Shown here: positions 29,155 to 38,900 of the stretch, piece after piece | How the letters are laid out: the number at the start of each line of letters is the position of its first letter | Numbering within the stretch: the first letter of the stretch is position 1 | From: an uncultured Alphaproteobacteria bacterium | GTDB lineage: Bacteria; Pseudomonadota; Alphaproteobacteria; ATCC43930; CGMCC-115725 | Direction: 5' to 3' | NCBI GenBank assembly: GCA_963847345.1 | Contig: CAWJZU010000008.1 | Location: 3,470-67,469, forward strand | Length of the DNA stretch: 64,000 nt | Translations under genes and position numbers: made by a program | Notes under the pieces: generated by a model | Database searches by the model: none | Told to the model about the DNA's origin: nothing | Seen by the model: only the letters and a program-made list of their open reading frames with translations

Positions 29155-29850
29155 TCAAGCACCGAGCAGCGACACGAACCGCGCCGCCGACTCGATGTCG
29201 GCGGCCAGCGCGCGACGGCGCTCGGCGGCTTCGGCGTCTTCGCCCCAGGCCTCGATCTGAAAGGTCTCGTCGAGCTGCGACGCGGTGAAGGCGGCTTCGG
29301 CATCGACCTGGCCTTCGAGCAGCGCCAACGCAATGACCAGCGAGCCGCACGCCGCCGTCAGCGTGTGCAGCGCGGTCAGCCGGAAATCGTCGAGCGCCGC
29401 CACCGCGGCGGCAAGGGCCTTTAGAGACGCTGCCGACTGCCCAGTCGGGATGACGCCCGAGGTCACCGCGAGCGCGGCGTCGTAGCGCAGCGTCGCCCAG
29501 TCGAGCAGCGGCTGCCAAGCCGATTGCTGGCGCACACCCAGTTCGGGCGGGTGATCGGCACGGTAGCATACGAGGTCGGTGCCGGCGTAATTCGCCGTCT
29601 CGGCGACGATCTGGTCGCGCTGTGTGGCAGTGCGGTCGATCGCGGTCGCGGCGAGCCGGGTCAGCGGCATCGTCATCGGGCGGACCTCGTCCTGCTGCGA
29701 ATCCCATTCGGCGGCGATCGCGGCGGCCAGGGCTTCGCTCGGCACGACCAGCTCGTTGCGCCCCGGGGTACGCATCGCCCGCCCGTCAAGCGCAACGGCC
29801 CAGCCGCCCTCCGCAGGGTGGGTCGTGGCCTGTTTGTAGACACGCCTCAT
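29155..29850 (-). CDS. ATP12-family F1-ATPase assembly chaperone
   Basis: ATG at 29850 (ATGA overlap with the upstream gene's stop). MRRVYKQATTHPAEGGWAVALDGRAMRTPGRNELVVPSEALAAAIAAEWDSQ... Confidence 0.8.
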   Translation of the reverse strand: MRRVYKQATTHPAEGGWAVALDGRAMRTPGRNELVVPSEALAAAIAAEWDSQQDEVRPMTMPLTRLAATAIDRTATQRDQIVAETANYAGTDLVCYRADHPPELGVRQQSAWQPLLDWATLRYDAALAVTSGVIPTGQSAASLKALAAAVAALDDFRLTALHTLTAACGSLVIALALLEGQVDAEAAFTASQLDETFQIEAWGEDAEAAERRRALAADIESAARFVSLLGA

Positions 29851-30861
29851 GCGATTTCTTCCAGCTCGGCGAACGGATCGCCGGCCTCCTCGGCGGCGAA
29901 CCCAAAAAACTCCCAGAGGCCGCGCATATGTGGCGGCAATGGGGCAGTTACGCGCAATATTCCGCCCTCCGGGTGCGGGATTTCGAGGCTGCGCGCATGC
30001 AGGTGCAGACGATGCGCCGCCGCGCCGCCCGGCAGCTGCGCCGCGCTGCCGCCGTACTTGCCATCGCCAAGGATCGGCGTGCCGAGCGCTGCGCAATGGG
30101 CGCGCAGCTGATGCGTGCGCCCGGTGACCGGCAAGAGCGCCACCCAGCTCGCCCGCCCGCCGGCATGGTCGAGCACCCGGTAGTAGGTGACAGCGCTCTT
30201 GCCGCCTTCGTTGTCAACATGAACGCGCTCGCGCCCGCCACCGCCCTTGGGGCCGCCGGATTTCGAGAGCCCGAGATCGATGCGTCCCCGCTCCGGGCGC
30301 GGCAGGCCAGCGACGATCGCCCAGTAGATTTTTCGCGTTGTCTTGTCGCGGAAGGCGCGCGTGAAAAACGCTGCCGCGGCGGCGTGGCGCGCGATCAGCA
30401 GCACGCCCGATGTGTCCTTGTCGAGCCGGTGCACGAGGCGCGGCCGCTCGGCCGAGTTCGAAGCGCACCCCGTCGAGCAATGCATCGACATGGCGGTCGG
30501 TGTTGGTGCCGCCCTGCACCGCGAGACCGGCGGGCTTGTTGACGGCGAGCGCCCAGTCGTCGCGGTACAGCACGGCGTCGCGCAACAATGCGACATCCTG
30601 CGGCCGGGCACGCGGCGTCCTGCCGGCGGCCTCGGCGGTGGCCGGCGGTGAGGCTTCGAGCAGCGGCGGCACCCGGATCGACTGGCCCGGCGCGACCGGG
30701 TCGCCGGCGCGGACGCGCTTGCCGTCCACCCGGATCTGCCCGGTGCGCAGCAGCTTTTCGAGCCTGCCGTGGCCGACGCCGGGGTAATGCCGCTTGAACC
30801 AGCGGTCGAGCCGCCCGGCTCCGTCCTCGGGCCGCACGGTGACGGTGATGACACCGCTCAT
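29847..30861 (-). pseudogene. rluC: RluA/RluC-family 23S rRNA pseudouridine synthase interrupted by one frameshift (or a sequencing error)
   Basis: The N-terminal S4 part lies in the frame of ORF 30214..30861 (…KPAGLAVQGGTNTDRHVDALLDGVRFE). The catalytic part lies in the frame of ORF 29847..30854 (ERPRLVHRLDKDTSGVLLIAR…). The switch is within 30445-30460. Confidence 0.8.
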
Positions 30862-32162
30862 TTCCCGCTCTCCGCGGCGGCGACGCGCTGGCGCAGCTTG
30901 TCCCAGTAATCGAGGCGCTTCTTGATCTCGCGTTCGAAGCCGCGCTCGGTCGGGCGATAGAAGTCGCGGCGAGCGATCCCGTCCGGGAAATAATTCTGGC
31001 CGGAAAACCCAGCTTCGGTCGCGTGGTCGTAGACGTAGCCGCGTCCATAGCCGAGCTTTTTCATCAGCCCGGTCGGCGCGTTCAGGATGTGCATCGGCGG
31101 CATCAAGGAGCCGGTGTCACGCGCCATCGCCCGCGCCTCTCCGAAGGCCGTATAGGCGGCGTTCGATTTGGGAGCGCTTGCCAGGTAGATCACGAGCTGC
31201 GCGACTGCCAGGTCGCCCTCGGGCGACCCGAGCCGATCGTAGGCGTCCCAGGCGGCGAGCGCCTGCACCTGGGCCTGCGGATCGGCGAGGCCGATATCCT
31301 CGGCCGCGGCGCGGGTCAGCCGGCGCAGGATGTAGATCGGGTCCTCGCCGCCCTCCAGCATGCGCGCCAGCCAGTACAGCGCCGCGTCAGTGTCCGAGCC
31401 GCGCAGCGATTTATGCAGCGCGCTGATCAGGTTGTAATGGCCTTCCTGGCTCTTGTCGTAAAGCGGCGCGCGGCGCTGCACCAGTTCGGCAAGCTCTTGC
31501 GGCCCGAGCGCCACAGCGGCCGGCAGGCGTTCGATTTCCTCGACCAGATTGAGCAGAAAGCGCCCGTCGCCGTCCGCCATCGCGCGCAGCGCGGCGCGGC
31601 CATCCGTGGTCAGCGGCAGAGTGCGCCCGAGATGCGCCTCGGCGCGGGCGAGCAGGGTTTCGAGCGCAGCGTCGTCGAGCCGGCGCAACACCAGCACCTG
31701 CGCCCGCGACAACAGCGCCCCGTTCAGCTCGAAGGACGGGTTTTCGGTGGTCGCGCCGACCAGGATAACCGTGCCGTCTTCGACATAGGGCAGAAACGCA
31801 TCCTGCTGCGCGCGGTTGAAGCGGTGGATCTCGTCAACGAACAGCAGCGTGCCGCGGCCGGCCTCGCGCTGCTTTTTCGCCGCCTCGAACACCTTGCGCA
31901 GATCGGCGACCCCGGAAAACACCGCCGACAGCTTCTCGAAGGCGAGGTCGGTGCCGTCCGCGAGAAGCCGCGCGATCGTCGTTTTGCCAACGCCCGGCGG
32001 CCCCCACAAAATCATCGACGCCAGCCGCCCGCTCGCGACCATGCGCCCGATCGGCCCCTCCGGCCCGAGCAGGTGGTCCTGTCCAACAATGCCGGAAAGG
32101 GTTTGCGGACGCAGCAAATCGGCCAGCGGCCGCGGCACCTGCGCCTCGAACAGCGTGCTCAT
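30858..32162 (-). CDS. rarA: replication-associated recombination protein A (AAA+ ATPase RarA/MgsA)
   Basis: 434 aa. GPPGVGKTT Walker A, LFVDEIHRFN Walker B, MgsA C-terminal domain. Confidence 0.92.
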   Translation of the reverse strand: MSTLFEAQVPRPLADLLRPQTLSGIVGQDHLLGPEGPIGRMVASGRLASMILWGPPGVGKTTIARLLADGTDLAFEKLSAVFSGVADLRKVFEAAKKQREAGRGTLLFVDEIHRFNRAQQDAFLPYVEDGTVILVGATTENPSFELNGALLSRAQVLVLRRLDDAALETLLARAEAHLGRTLPLTTDGRAALRAMADGDGRFLLNLVEEIERLPAAVALGPQELAELVQRRAPLYDKSQEGHYNLISALHKSLRGSDTDAALYWLARMLEGGEDPIYILRRLTRAAAEDIGLADPQAQVQALAAWDAYDRLGSPEGDLAVAQLVIYLASAPKSNAAYTAFGEARAMARDTGSLMPPMHILNAPTGLMKKLGYGRGYVYDHATEAGFSGQNYFPDGIARRDFYRPTERGFEREIKKRLDYWDKLRQRVAAAESGK

Positions 32163-32734
32163 CAGTCGCGCTATATGGGCGTCGGAGCGGGTCGCGAAAA
32201 TGGCGTCTCAAATGCTCTCGGCGAACCGCGCAGGTCGCAGGGTCCGGTTACCTTGGGCCGCCTCTTGTCTCCGGACACCGCCCGACGCCTCCACAGATGA
32301 TCTTGCGATGTGCCACGGCGCGAACCGTGCCTTTCTCGATCATGCCGTAAAAGACTTCGGCAATCTTTTGCGAAGCGCTTCCAGGGCTCACCCAAAATCT
32401 CGGGAGCGGTGTAAAGGATTCCGACGCGCTCACGCGCCCCCGCTCTGAAGCTTATAGGTTCGCGGGGTCAATCCAAAAAGCACTGAAAACCGGCGGATCC
32501 TGGCCGGCTGCCTGTCGTGTGCGGCATATTTGCAGATGGATTGTCTTGAAGGCCGGGCCAGCTTGAGGTCAACCTTTGTGTCGGTCGAGTTTACACTTGG
32601 AGAGTCCAGAGCCCCAACAAATTCTGTACGAATTTGAGATCAAAGCGTACTTTTAACCATGGCACGTTTTCTGCATTGCGCTATGCGGGTCAAGCGGTGT
32701 TCAGCCGCAAGGCTCGGTGCAGTGGAGGCTGAAG

Positions 32735-33431
32735 ATGAAGTTTTTCACACACTTGGCAGGTGTCGCAGCCGCGGCGATGGTTGCATCTGCCGCGGTGTTT
32801 TGCCCGGGCACGGCGCACGCCCAGACCGGACCAGCGAGCATCACGATCGGCGATCAAGTTATTCGACTTATTCTGCCTGCCTAGGTGCTGGTACTCTGTG
32901 CGACAGCGTAGACGTACGACGCAGTCCCTGGCGGCGCGTTTGGGATTAGATGGAATCCGGCGGTTAACCCTGAACGCGAGCACGAACCCGAGTAATCTCA
33001 GCGCCGACGTCCTTTTAACATACCATGTGTCGGTTATCGGCGGCGCAGCACTAATTATCGACTTCCACCTGAGTAGCGACGCCGCGGTGAGGGTAGCGGT
33101 TCGGTGTCAGACACCTGCAGATTTCACGGCTGCAGACTGCGGACCTGGCACCTTGTGTTTACCGTCACGACCGGCGAAACAACGAACCAGGATTCCAACG
33201 ACTCGGACCCCGTCTCTTATCGCTATGCCCGTATTTCGGCAGCTTGACGGATAGTGACGTACCGGTCTCGATACGGGGGCAACTGCTATTCTTGCGCAGG
33301 GCTGCAACGACAGGTCGGAGGTGGTCGACTGCTCCGACAAGGTCTCGGTCAACCTGCAGACCGTCCCGGAGCCGGCATCACTGGCCCTGCTCGGCACGGG
33401 CCTGCTCGGGTTCGGCCTCTTTCGCCGTCGC
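32735..33431 (+). pseudogene. PEP-CTERM sorting-signal protein gene, apparently disrupted by stops and frameshifts
   Basis: GGAGG then ATG at 32735 gives a signal peptide (MKFFTHLAGVAAAAMVASAAVFCPGTAHA-QT), but the ORF stops after 49 codons. Protein-like stretches continue in other frames. A canonical PEP-CTERM tail VPEPASLALLGTGLLGFGLFRRR lies at 33363-33431, preceded by TAG-TGA in frame. Confidence 0.45.
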
Positions 33432-33692
33432 GACGCGCAAAGCGGCGTAACGTCGGTCGCAAAATACAGTGCTGTCCTGGCCGACGGGGTTCTGCTCGAA
33501 AGAGCCCCGTCGTGGCACGCGAGCCCAACGGTTAGCGCGGACCGGGCAGCCGGTCCGGCGCAAGAATAGGATTGGGGCTGGCCGAACAGGTCGGGGTCAG
33601 AGAGTGGTCCTTCCGCACGCGCCGTCGCAAGGCGGATCGTTCAATCGTCGGAAAATATGAGATCTTCCGGTACAATGCCGGATAACGGTAGC

Positions 33693-34421
33693 TTACTGGT
33701 CGGTACCTGCTCGCGCTGGACACCCGAGTACCTCGCCGAAAACTTCATCGAAACATGCGCGCAAAGCGATGTCAACCTCGGGCATTGAGGCGGTGATGCC
33801 AAGGCGGGCGAGCGAGGTTACGCCGTGCCCGGAGGCGGCCGGGTCGATGCCGCAAGGGACGATGCCGCGGTAATGGTTGAGGTCGGGATCGACGTTCAGC
33901 GCCAGGCCGTGATAGGTCACCCAGCGGCGCACCCGCACCCCGATCGCCGCGATCTTGTCCTCGCGCCCCCCTTGGTCTCCGGCACGGCGGCCGATCCACA
34001 CGCCGACCCGGCCGTCGCGCCGTTCGCCCTTCACATTGAAGCGCGCCAAGGTCGCGATGACCCATTCCTCGAGCCGCCAGACATGACAGCGCACGTCGCG
34101 GCCCCAGCGTTCGAGGTCGAGCAGCACATAGGCGATGCGCTGCCCCGGCCCGTGATAGGTGTACTGCCCGCCGCGGCCGGTGCGGTGCACCGGCAGACGC
34201 GCCGGGTCGAGGAGGTCTTCGGCTCGCGCGCTGGTCCCGGCGGTGTAAAGGGGTGGATGCTCCAGCAGCCACACCAGCTCGGGGGCCGTGCCGGCGCGGA
34301 TCGCCGCGATCCGCCTTTCCATTTCCGCCACGGCTTCCTCGTATGGCACCAAACAGTCGCTGATCCGCCATTCGACGCCGCCGGTTTGCATGCCTATTTC
34401 TCGCTTTGTCCCTTGGGCCAT
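33693..34421 (-). CDS. lipB: lipoyl(octanoyl) transferase LipB
   Basis: ...[14 protein letters not shown]...[26 protein letters not shown]...[22 protein letters not shown]. Start uncertain (34421 or 34391). Confidence 0.88.
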   Translation of the reverse strand: MAQGTKREIGMQTGGVEWRISDCLVPYEEAVAEMERRIAAIRAGTAPELVWLLEHPPLYTAGTSARAEDLLDPARLPVHRTGRGGQYTYHGPGQRIAYVLLDLERWGRDVRCHVWRLEEWVIATLARFNVKGERRDGRVGVWIGRRAGDQGGREDKIAAIGVRVRRWVTYHGLALNVDPDLNHYRGIVPCGIDPAASGHGVTSLARLGITASMPEVDIALRACFDEVFGEVLGCPARAGTDQ

Positions 34422-34500
34422 CGCGCTTGATATGGGGCCCCGCATTTGCTAAGCACCGGGCCCACTGCGCCCTCCCGTCCGAGGCGGCGGCGCGGTTAAT

Positions 34501-34587
34501 GCGGTCGTGGCGGAATTGGTAGACGCGCAGCGTTGAGGTCGCTGTGGGGGAAACTCCGTGGAAGTTCGAGTCTTCTCGACCGCACCA
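34501..34587 (+). tRNA. tRNA-Leu (anticodon GAG)
   Basis: Acceptor stem GCGGTCG/CGACCGC. D arm GCGGAATTGGTAGACGC. Anticodon loop TTGAGGT. Long variable arm. T loop TTCGAGT. Encoded CCA. Confidence 0.9.
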
Positions 34588-34623
34588 GTTTTTTTCTGAT
34601 CTCGCAACTCCGCGAAAGCGCCG

Positions 34624-35010
34624 ATGAACCTGCCGGGTGGGCCGAGGGACGAGCGCTATACGGTTGTCGTGCGCAATGTTGTGCTGATGGCCAGTATCGG
34701 CATCCGCCGCGCCGAGCATGGCCGGAAGCAGCGGGTGCGGGTCTCGGTTGAGCTGACCGCGACCACGGAGGCCGGGTTTTCTGGCGACGACCGCCGCCGC
34801 GTTATCAATTACGAGAAAATCGTCGCCGCGATCCGCGAGATCGCCGCCTCCGGCCATATCGACCTGTGCGAAGGCTTTGCCGCGCGGGTCACCGACGCGT
34901 GTTTCGCTGATCCGCGTGTCGGGCACGTCCGAGCTACGGTCGAGAAGCTCGACGTGTTCCCCGAAGCGGAAGCGGTCGGCGCGATTCTCGAACGCAGCCG
35001 GCCCGGGTGA
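34624..35010 (+). CDS. folB: dihydroneopterin aldolase
   Basis: 128 aa. VVVRNVVLMASIGIRRAEHGRKQRVRVSVEL...INYEKIVAAI.., FolB-like. Directly upstream of folP. Confidence 0.75.
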   Translation: MNLPGGPRDERYTVVVRNVVLMASIGIRRAEHGRKQRVRVSVELTATTEAGFSGDDRRRVINYEKIVAAIREIAASGHIDLCEGFAARVTDACFADPRVGHVRATVEKLDVFPEAEAVGAILERSRPG

Positions 35011-35013
35011 GTA

Positions 35014-35838
35014 ATGGACCACCCGCTCTTGGTCGGCATCGTCAACATCACCGCCGACTCGTTTTCCGACGGCGGACGGTTCCTTGATCCTGCCGCGGCC
35101 ATTGCCCACGCCCGCCGGCTGGCCGCCGACGGCGCCGACATCGTCGAACTCGGCGCCGCTTCCAGCAACGTAGCGGCGGGGTCGGTGTCACCGGACGAGG
35201 AAATCGGCCGGCTCGATCCGGTGCTGCAAGCGCTAGCTGAAGGCGGAACGCAGCTTGCGGTCGATAGTTATAGCGCGGAGGCGCAGCGTTTCGCGCTGTC
35301 GCGCGGCGTCGCATATCTGAACGACATTCGCGGATTTGCCGACCCGGTGATCCATCCGGCACTGGCCGCGGCGGCGTGCCGGCTCGTCGTCATGCACGCG
35401 GCTGGCGGTGTCGGGCGCGCCGAGCCGCTCGATCTGGAGGCCAGAGAGGTGTGGCGGCGCATTGCGGCATTTTTCGCGGAGCGGATCGCAACCCTCGGCC
35501 ATGCCGGCATCGCGCGCGAGCGGCTGATCCTTGACCCCGGCATGGGGCTGTTCCTGAGCCGGCGGCCGGATGCGTCGGTTTATGTGCTGGCCCGGATCGG
35601 ACGCCTGAAGCAGATGTTCGGGCTGCCCGTGATGGTCTCGGTGTCCCGGAAGTCGTTTCTCGGCGCGCTCACCGGGCGCCAGTCACCGGCCGAGCGCGGC
35701 GCGGCTACGTTGGGCGCCGAGCTGTTCGCCGCCGCGCACGGCGCCGACTACATCCGGACGCACGACGCGGCGGCGTTGCGCGACGCGCTGACCGTAACGG
35801 CGACGCTGGAGAGAACCGAGCGGCAGGCGTCGGGGTAG
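35014..35838 (+). CDS. folP: dihydropteroate synthase
   Basis: MDHPLLVGIVNITADSFSDGGRFLDP...ADIVELGAASS...ILDPGMGLF.., pterin-binding DHPS motifs. Confidence 0.9.
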   Translation: MDHPLLVGIVNITADSFSDGGRFLDPAAAIAHARRLAADGADIVELGAASSNVAAGSVSPDEEIGRLDPVLQALAEGGTQLAVDSYSAEAQRFALSRGVAYLNDIRGFADPVIHPALAAAACRLVVMHAAGGVGRAEPLDLEAREVWRRIAAFFAERIATLGHAGIARERLILDPGMGLFLSRRPDASVYVLARIGRLKQMFGLPVMVSVSRKSFLGALTGRQSPAERGAATLGAELFAAAHGADYIRTHDAAALRDALTVTATLERTERQASG

Positions 35839-35912
35839 ACCCCAGATCAGGCCGCCGGACCTCGGCTGGCGGCCGGCAGGAATGCCGGCGGTCGGGCCGT
35901 GCAGTCGCCGGG

Positions 35913-38900
35913 CTACGATAGGGCGGCCAAGCTGGCCGGGACGGCGCCACGCAGCAGCGTCTTGCGGGCCTGCCATTGCACCGCCTCGTCGAGATCTTCG
36001 AGGAACCTGATCTCGCCGCCGGTGAAGAGCGCGACCGGAATGCCGTCGCGGTACAGGACGCGGTTGCCGGTCAGCGCACCAAGCTTCGGGCCGGGGGTCA
36101 GGATCCCGACGAGGTTCAGCGGGTCGGCGCCGGACAGCGACACAAATTCGCCGGACCCCTCCTTGCGGCGGATCTGGCGCAGCATGCCGACGGCGTCGGG
36201 GGACGCGAACTGCTCGCCGGAAAAACCGGCGACAAAGCGTCCGCCGCGGATTTCGCCGCACGCTTCGAGCCGGCGATAGACCCGCAGCAGGTCGCGCCAC
36301 GGCGGCAGCCACGCGGCCTCGCGCTCGAGCAGGCGCCAGAACACGACACCGTAGCGGCGCAGCAGCGTGCGCGCGAGATGCTCGACGGCTTCGTCGGCGT
36401 GCCCGGAACGCTGGCTGGGAGCGGCGGGCCGCGCGCGCCGCGCCAGGGCCCAGCGGCCCGCATCCTCCATGCCGAACAGGGCCCGGCCGCGCCTTGAGCG
36501 CCGCTTTTCGGAAGGCATCAGCAGCGCGCGCAGCCCGGCAAAGCTGTCGGCGCTGACCAGCCCGAGGGCGACAAGTTCGGCCAATGCCTCCTCGACCTGC
36601 GGGCGCAGCAGCCTTGTGCCGTCGACCAGCTCGTCGAAGAACGAGGCGCCGTTGTCGCGGATGAAATCGGCGACGGCGCGCGCCCGACCGCTCGCGTGCG
36701 CCGGGTCGGGGACCGGCGACAGGGCCGCCCACAGAGGCGCGTTGCGCCGCGCCAACAGCGTGATCGGCGTCGTCCGCACGGGACCGGCGGCAGGACCGGC
36801 GGCACCCGTCGTCCGCCTCACCCTGCCCTCTTCCCCAGTGGGGGAGAGGGTAAACGAAGCGGGCACATTGTTGCGGGGACGCAGCCGGGCCCAGGCGATG
36901 CGGCCGGCGAGACACTGGTCGTCGAGCCACGCCGGGTCATATCCAGCGACACGGGCTGGCAGGATTTCAGTCTCCCACGCGCCGGCCGGCGCCTCGAACC
37001 CTTCGAGCTGACCCAGCACCGCGGCGAGCGCGTCCGGCCCCTCCATGCGGGTGTCGTCGGTTACCCGCTGCCAGGCAAACAGAAAGCGTAGGAAATCGCG
37101 CGCCGCGACCGGCTCGATCTCGGCCCGCAGCCGCTTCAGCGTATAGCGGTGAACGCGGGCGAGCAGCCGGCGCTCGCACCATTCTTCCGCGACGGCGCCG
37201 GGCGTGAAACGGCCGCGCAGCGCGAAACCCTCGGCCTGCAAAGCGGCGAGCGCCGTGCTGATGGCGTCAGGGGGGAGATAGAGCGGCGCGGCCAGTTCGG
37301 TTTCCGAGACAGGGCCGAGACCTTCCAGCCGGCCGCGCAGAATCTCAATCAGCGCTTCCTCGGCGGACCAGTGCCGGCCGGAATGCGGCGGCGGCGCCGT
37401 GATCGTCGGGTTCAGGTTCGCCTCGGGCCACAGCGCCAGGAATTGCGGCAGCCGCTCGGCGGTGACCCACACTCTAGTGTCATCCCGGCGAAGGCCGCGA
37501 CCCACCTCCCCGCTCGAATAAGCCTCACTGTTAATCCCGGCCTTCGCCGGGAGGGCGGGAGTGGTAAGCAATGTGACGCGCTTTTCCCGCGCCAATTCCT
37601 CCAGCCACGCGCGCCAGCCCTCGCCGGCAGTGGCTTCGGCTTCGGTGAGGAACCCGAGCCACGCCAGGCCATCGTGCAGTTCGTCGCGGTTGGCGGCCTC
37701 GGGCCATGCCTCCTCGCGCACCCGTGCGATCGCGTCCGCATCGAGCCGGCCGAGATCGGCGGCGTCTTCCGGGGCGATCCAGCGGCGCGCCATCACCGCC
37801 TGCGTGCGGCGCTCCTCGAGCGGCGCGTCGTCGAGATAGGCGTAGGGTCGCGCCGACAACACCTCGTGGGCGAGCGGCGACGGCTCGGTCAGATCGCGCG
37901 CGACGATCGCGACGTCGCCATCTCGGATGTGGGTCAGCAGCCGCTCCAGTCCGGCAATATCCATGACATCGTTCAGGCAGTCGGCGATCGTCTGGCGGAT
38001 CAGCGGATGATCCGGGATCTCGCGCGGCCCGGCGAGGTTTTCGGCGCAGGCCAGCTGGTCCGGGAAAATCGCTGTGATCAGATCCTCGGCGTCCATGCGC
38101 GCGAGCGGCGGCGGGACCTTGCGGCCGCCCCGAAAGCGCGGCAAGGCCAGCGCGACGCCGGCCACCCAGCGCCAGCGCGTCATGAACATCGGCGCATCGA
38201 GCAACGCCTGAACCAGTACCTCGCGCACCGTTGCCGGATGCAGATAGTTGCCAACCTCGGCCATGTCGAAACTGTGAGCCGTGGTCAGCGACAGGACGAT
38301 GTTGTCCTCGGTCGCGGCCGCCTGCAGCTCGAAATTGAACTTGGTGCAAAAGCGCTTGCGCAGCGCCAAGCCCCAGGCGCGGTTCAGCCGGCTGCCATAA
38401 GGCGAATGCACGACCAGCTGCATGCCGCCGGCTTCGTCGAAAAACCGTTCGAAGACAATCGTCTCGCGGGTCGGCAATACGCCGAGCGCGGCGTGGCCGG
38501 CGGCGAGGTATTCCGCAAGCTGCCGCGCCGCGGCGTCGCCGATGCCAGGGCGGCTTGCGAGCCAGGCCATCGCATCACCCCCACCCCAACCCTTCCCCGC
38601 CTGCGGGGGAGGGAGTTCCGTCCAAGCTTCGGGCGCGCTCGGATTTCCCCCTCCCGCGCAAGCGGGGAAGGGTCGGGGTGGGGGCTGTTCGGGCGCGTGA
38701 TTAAGCCGGTCTTCGACTTTGCTCCGCAGCCGCGACACGGCTTGCGACAGTTCGCCGGAGCGGCCGGGGGCCTCGCCGAGCCAGAACGGGATGTTCGGTG
38801 GCTGGCCCTGCGCGTCCTCAACCCGGAGCGTGCCGCGCTCAACGCGGCGGATGCGATAGGCGGCGTTGCCGAGCTGGAAGACGTCGCCGGCCAGGCTCTC

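Noticed and set aside
33143-33160. TGGCAC-N5 sigma-54-like sequence (cctggcaccttgtgttt)
   Set aside because: The downstream element is GTTT rather than TTGC, and it lies inside the decayed PEP-CTERM gene.
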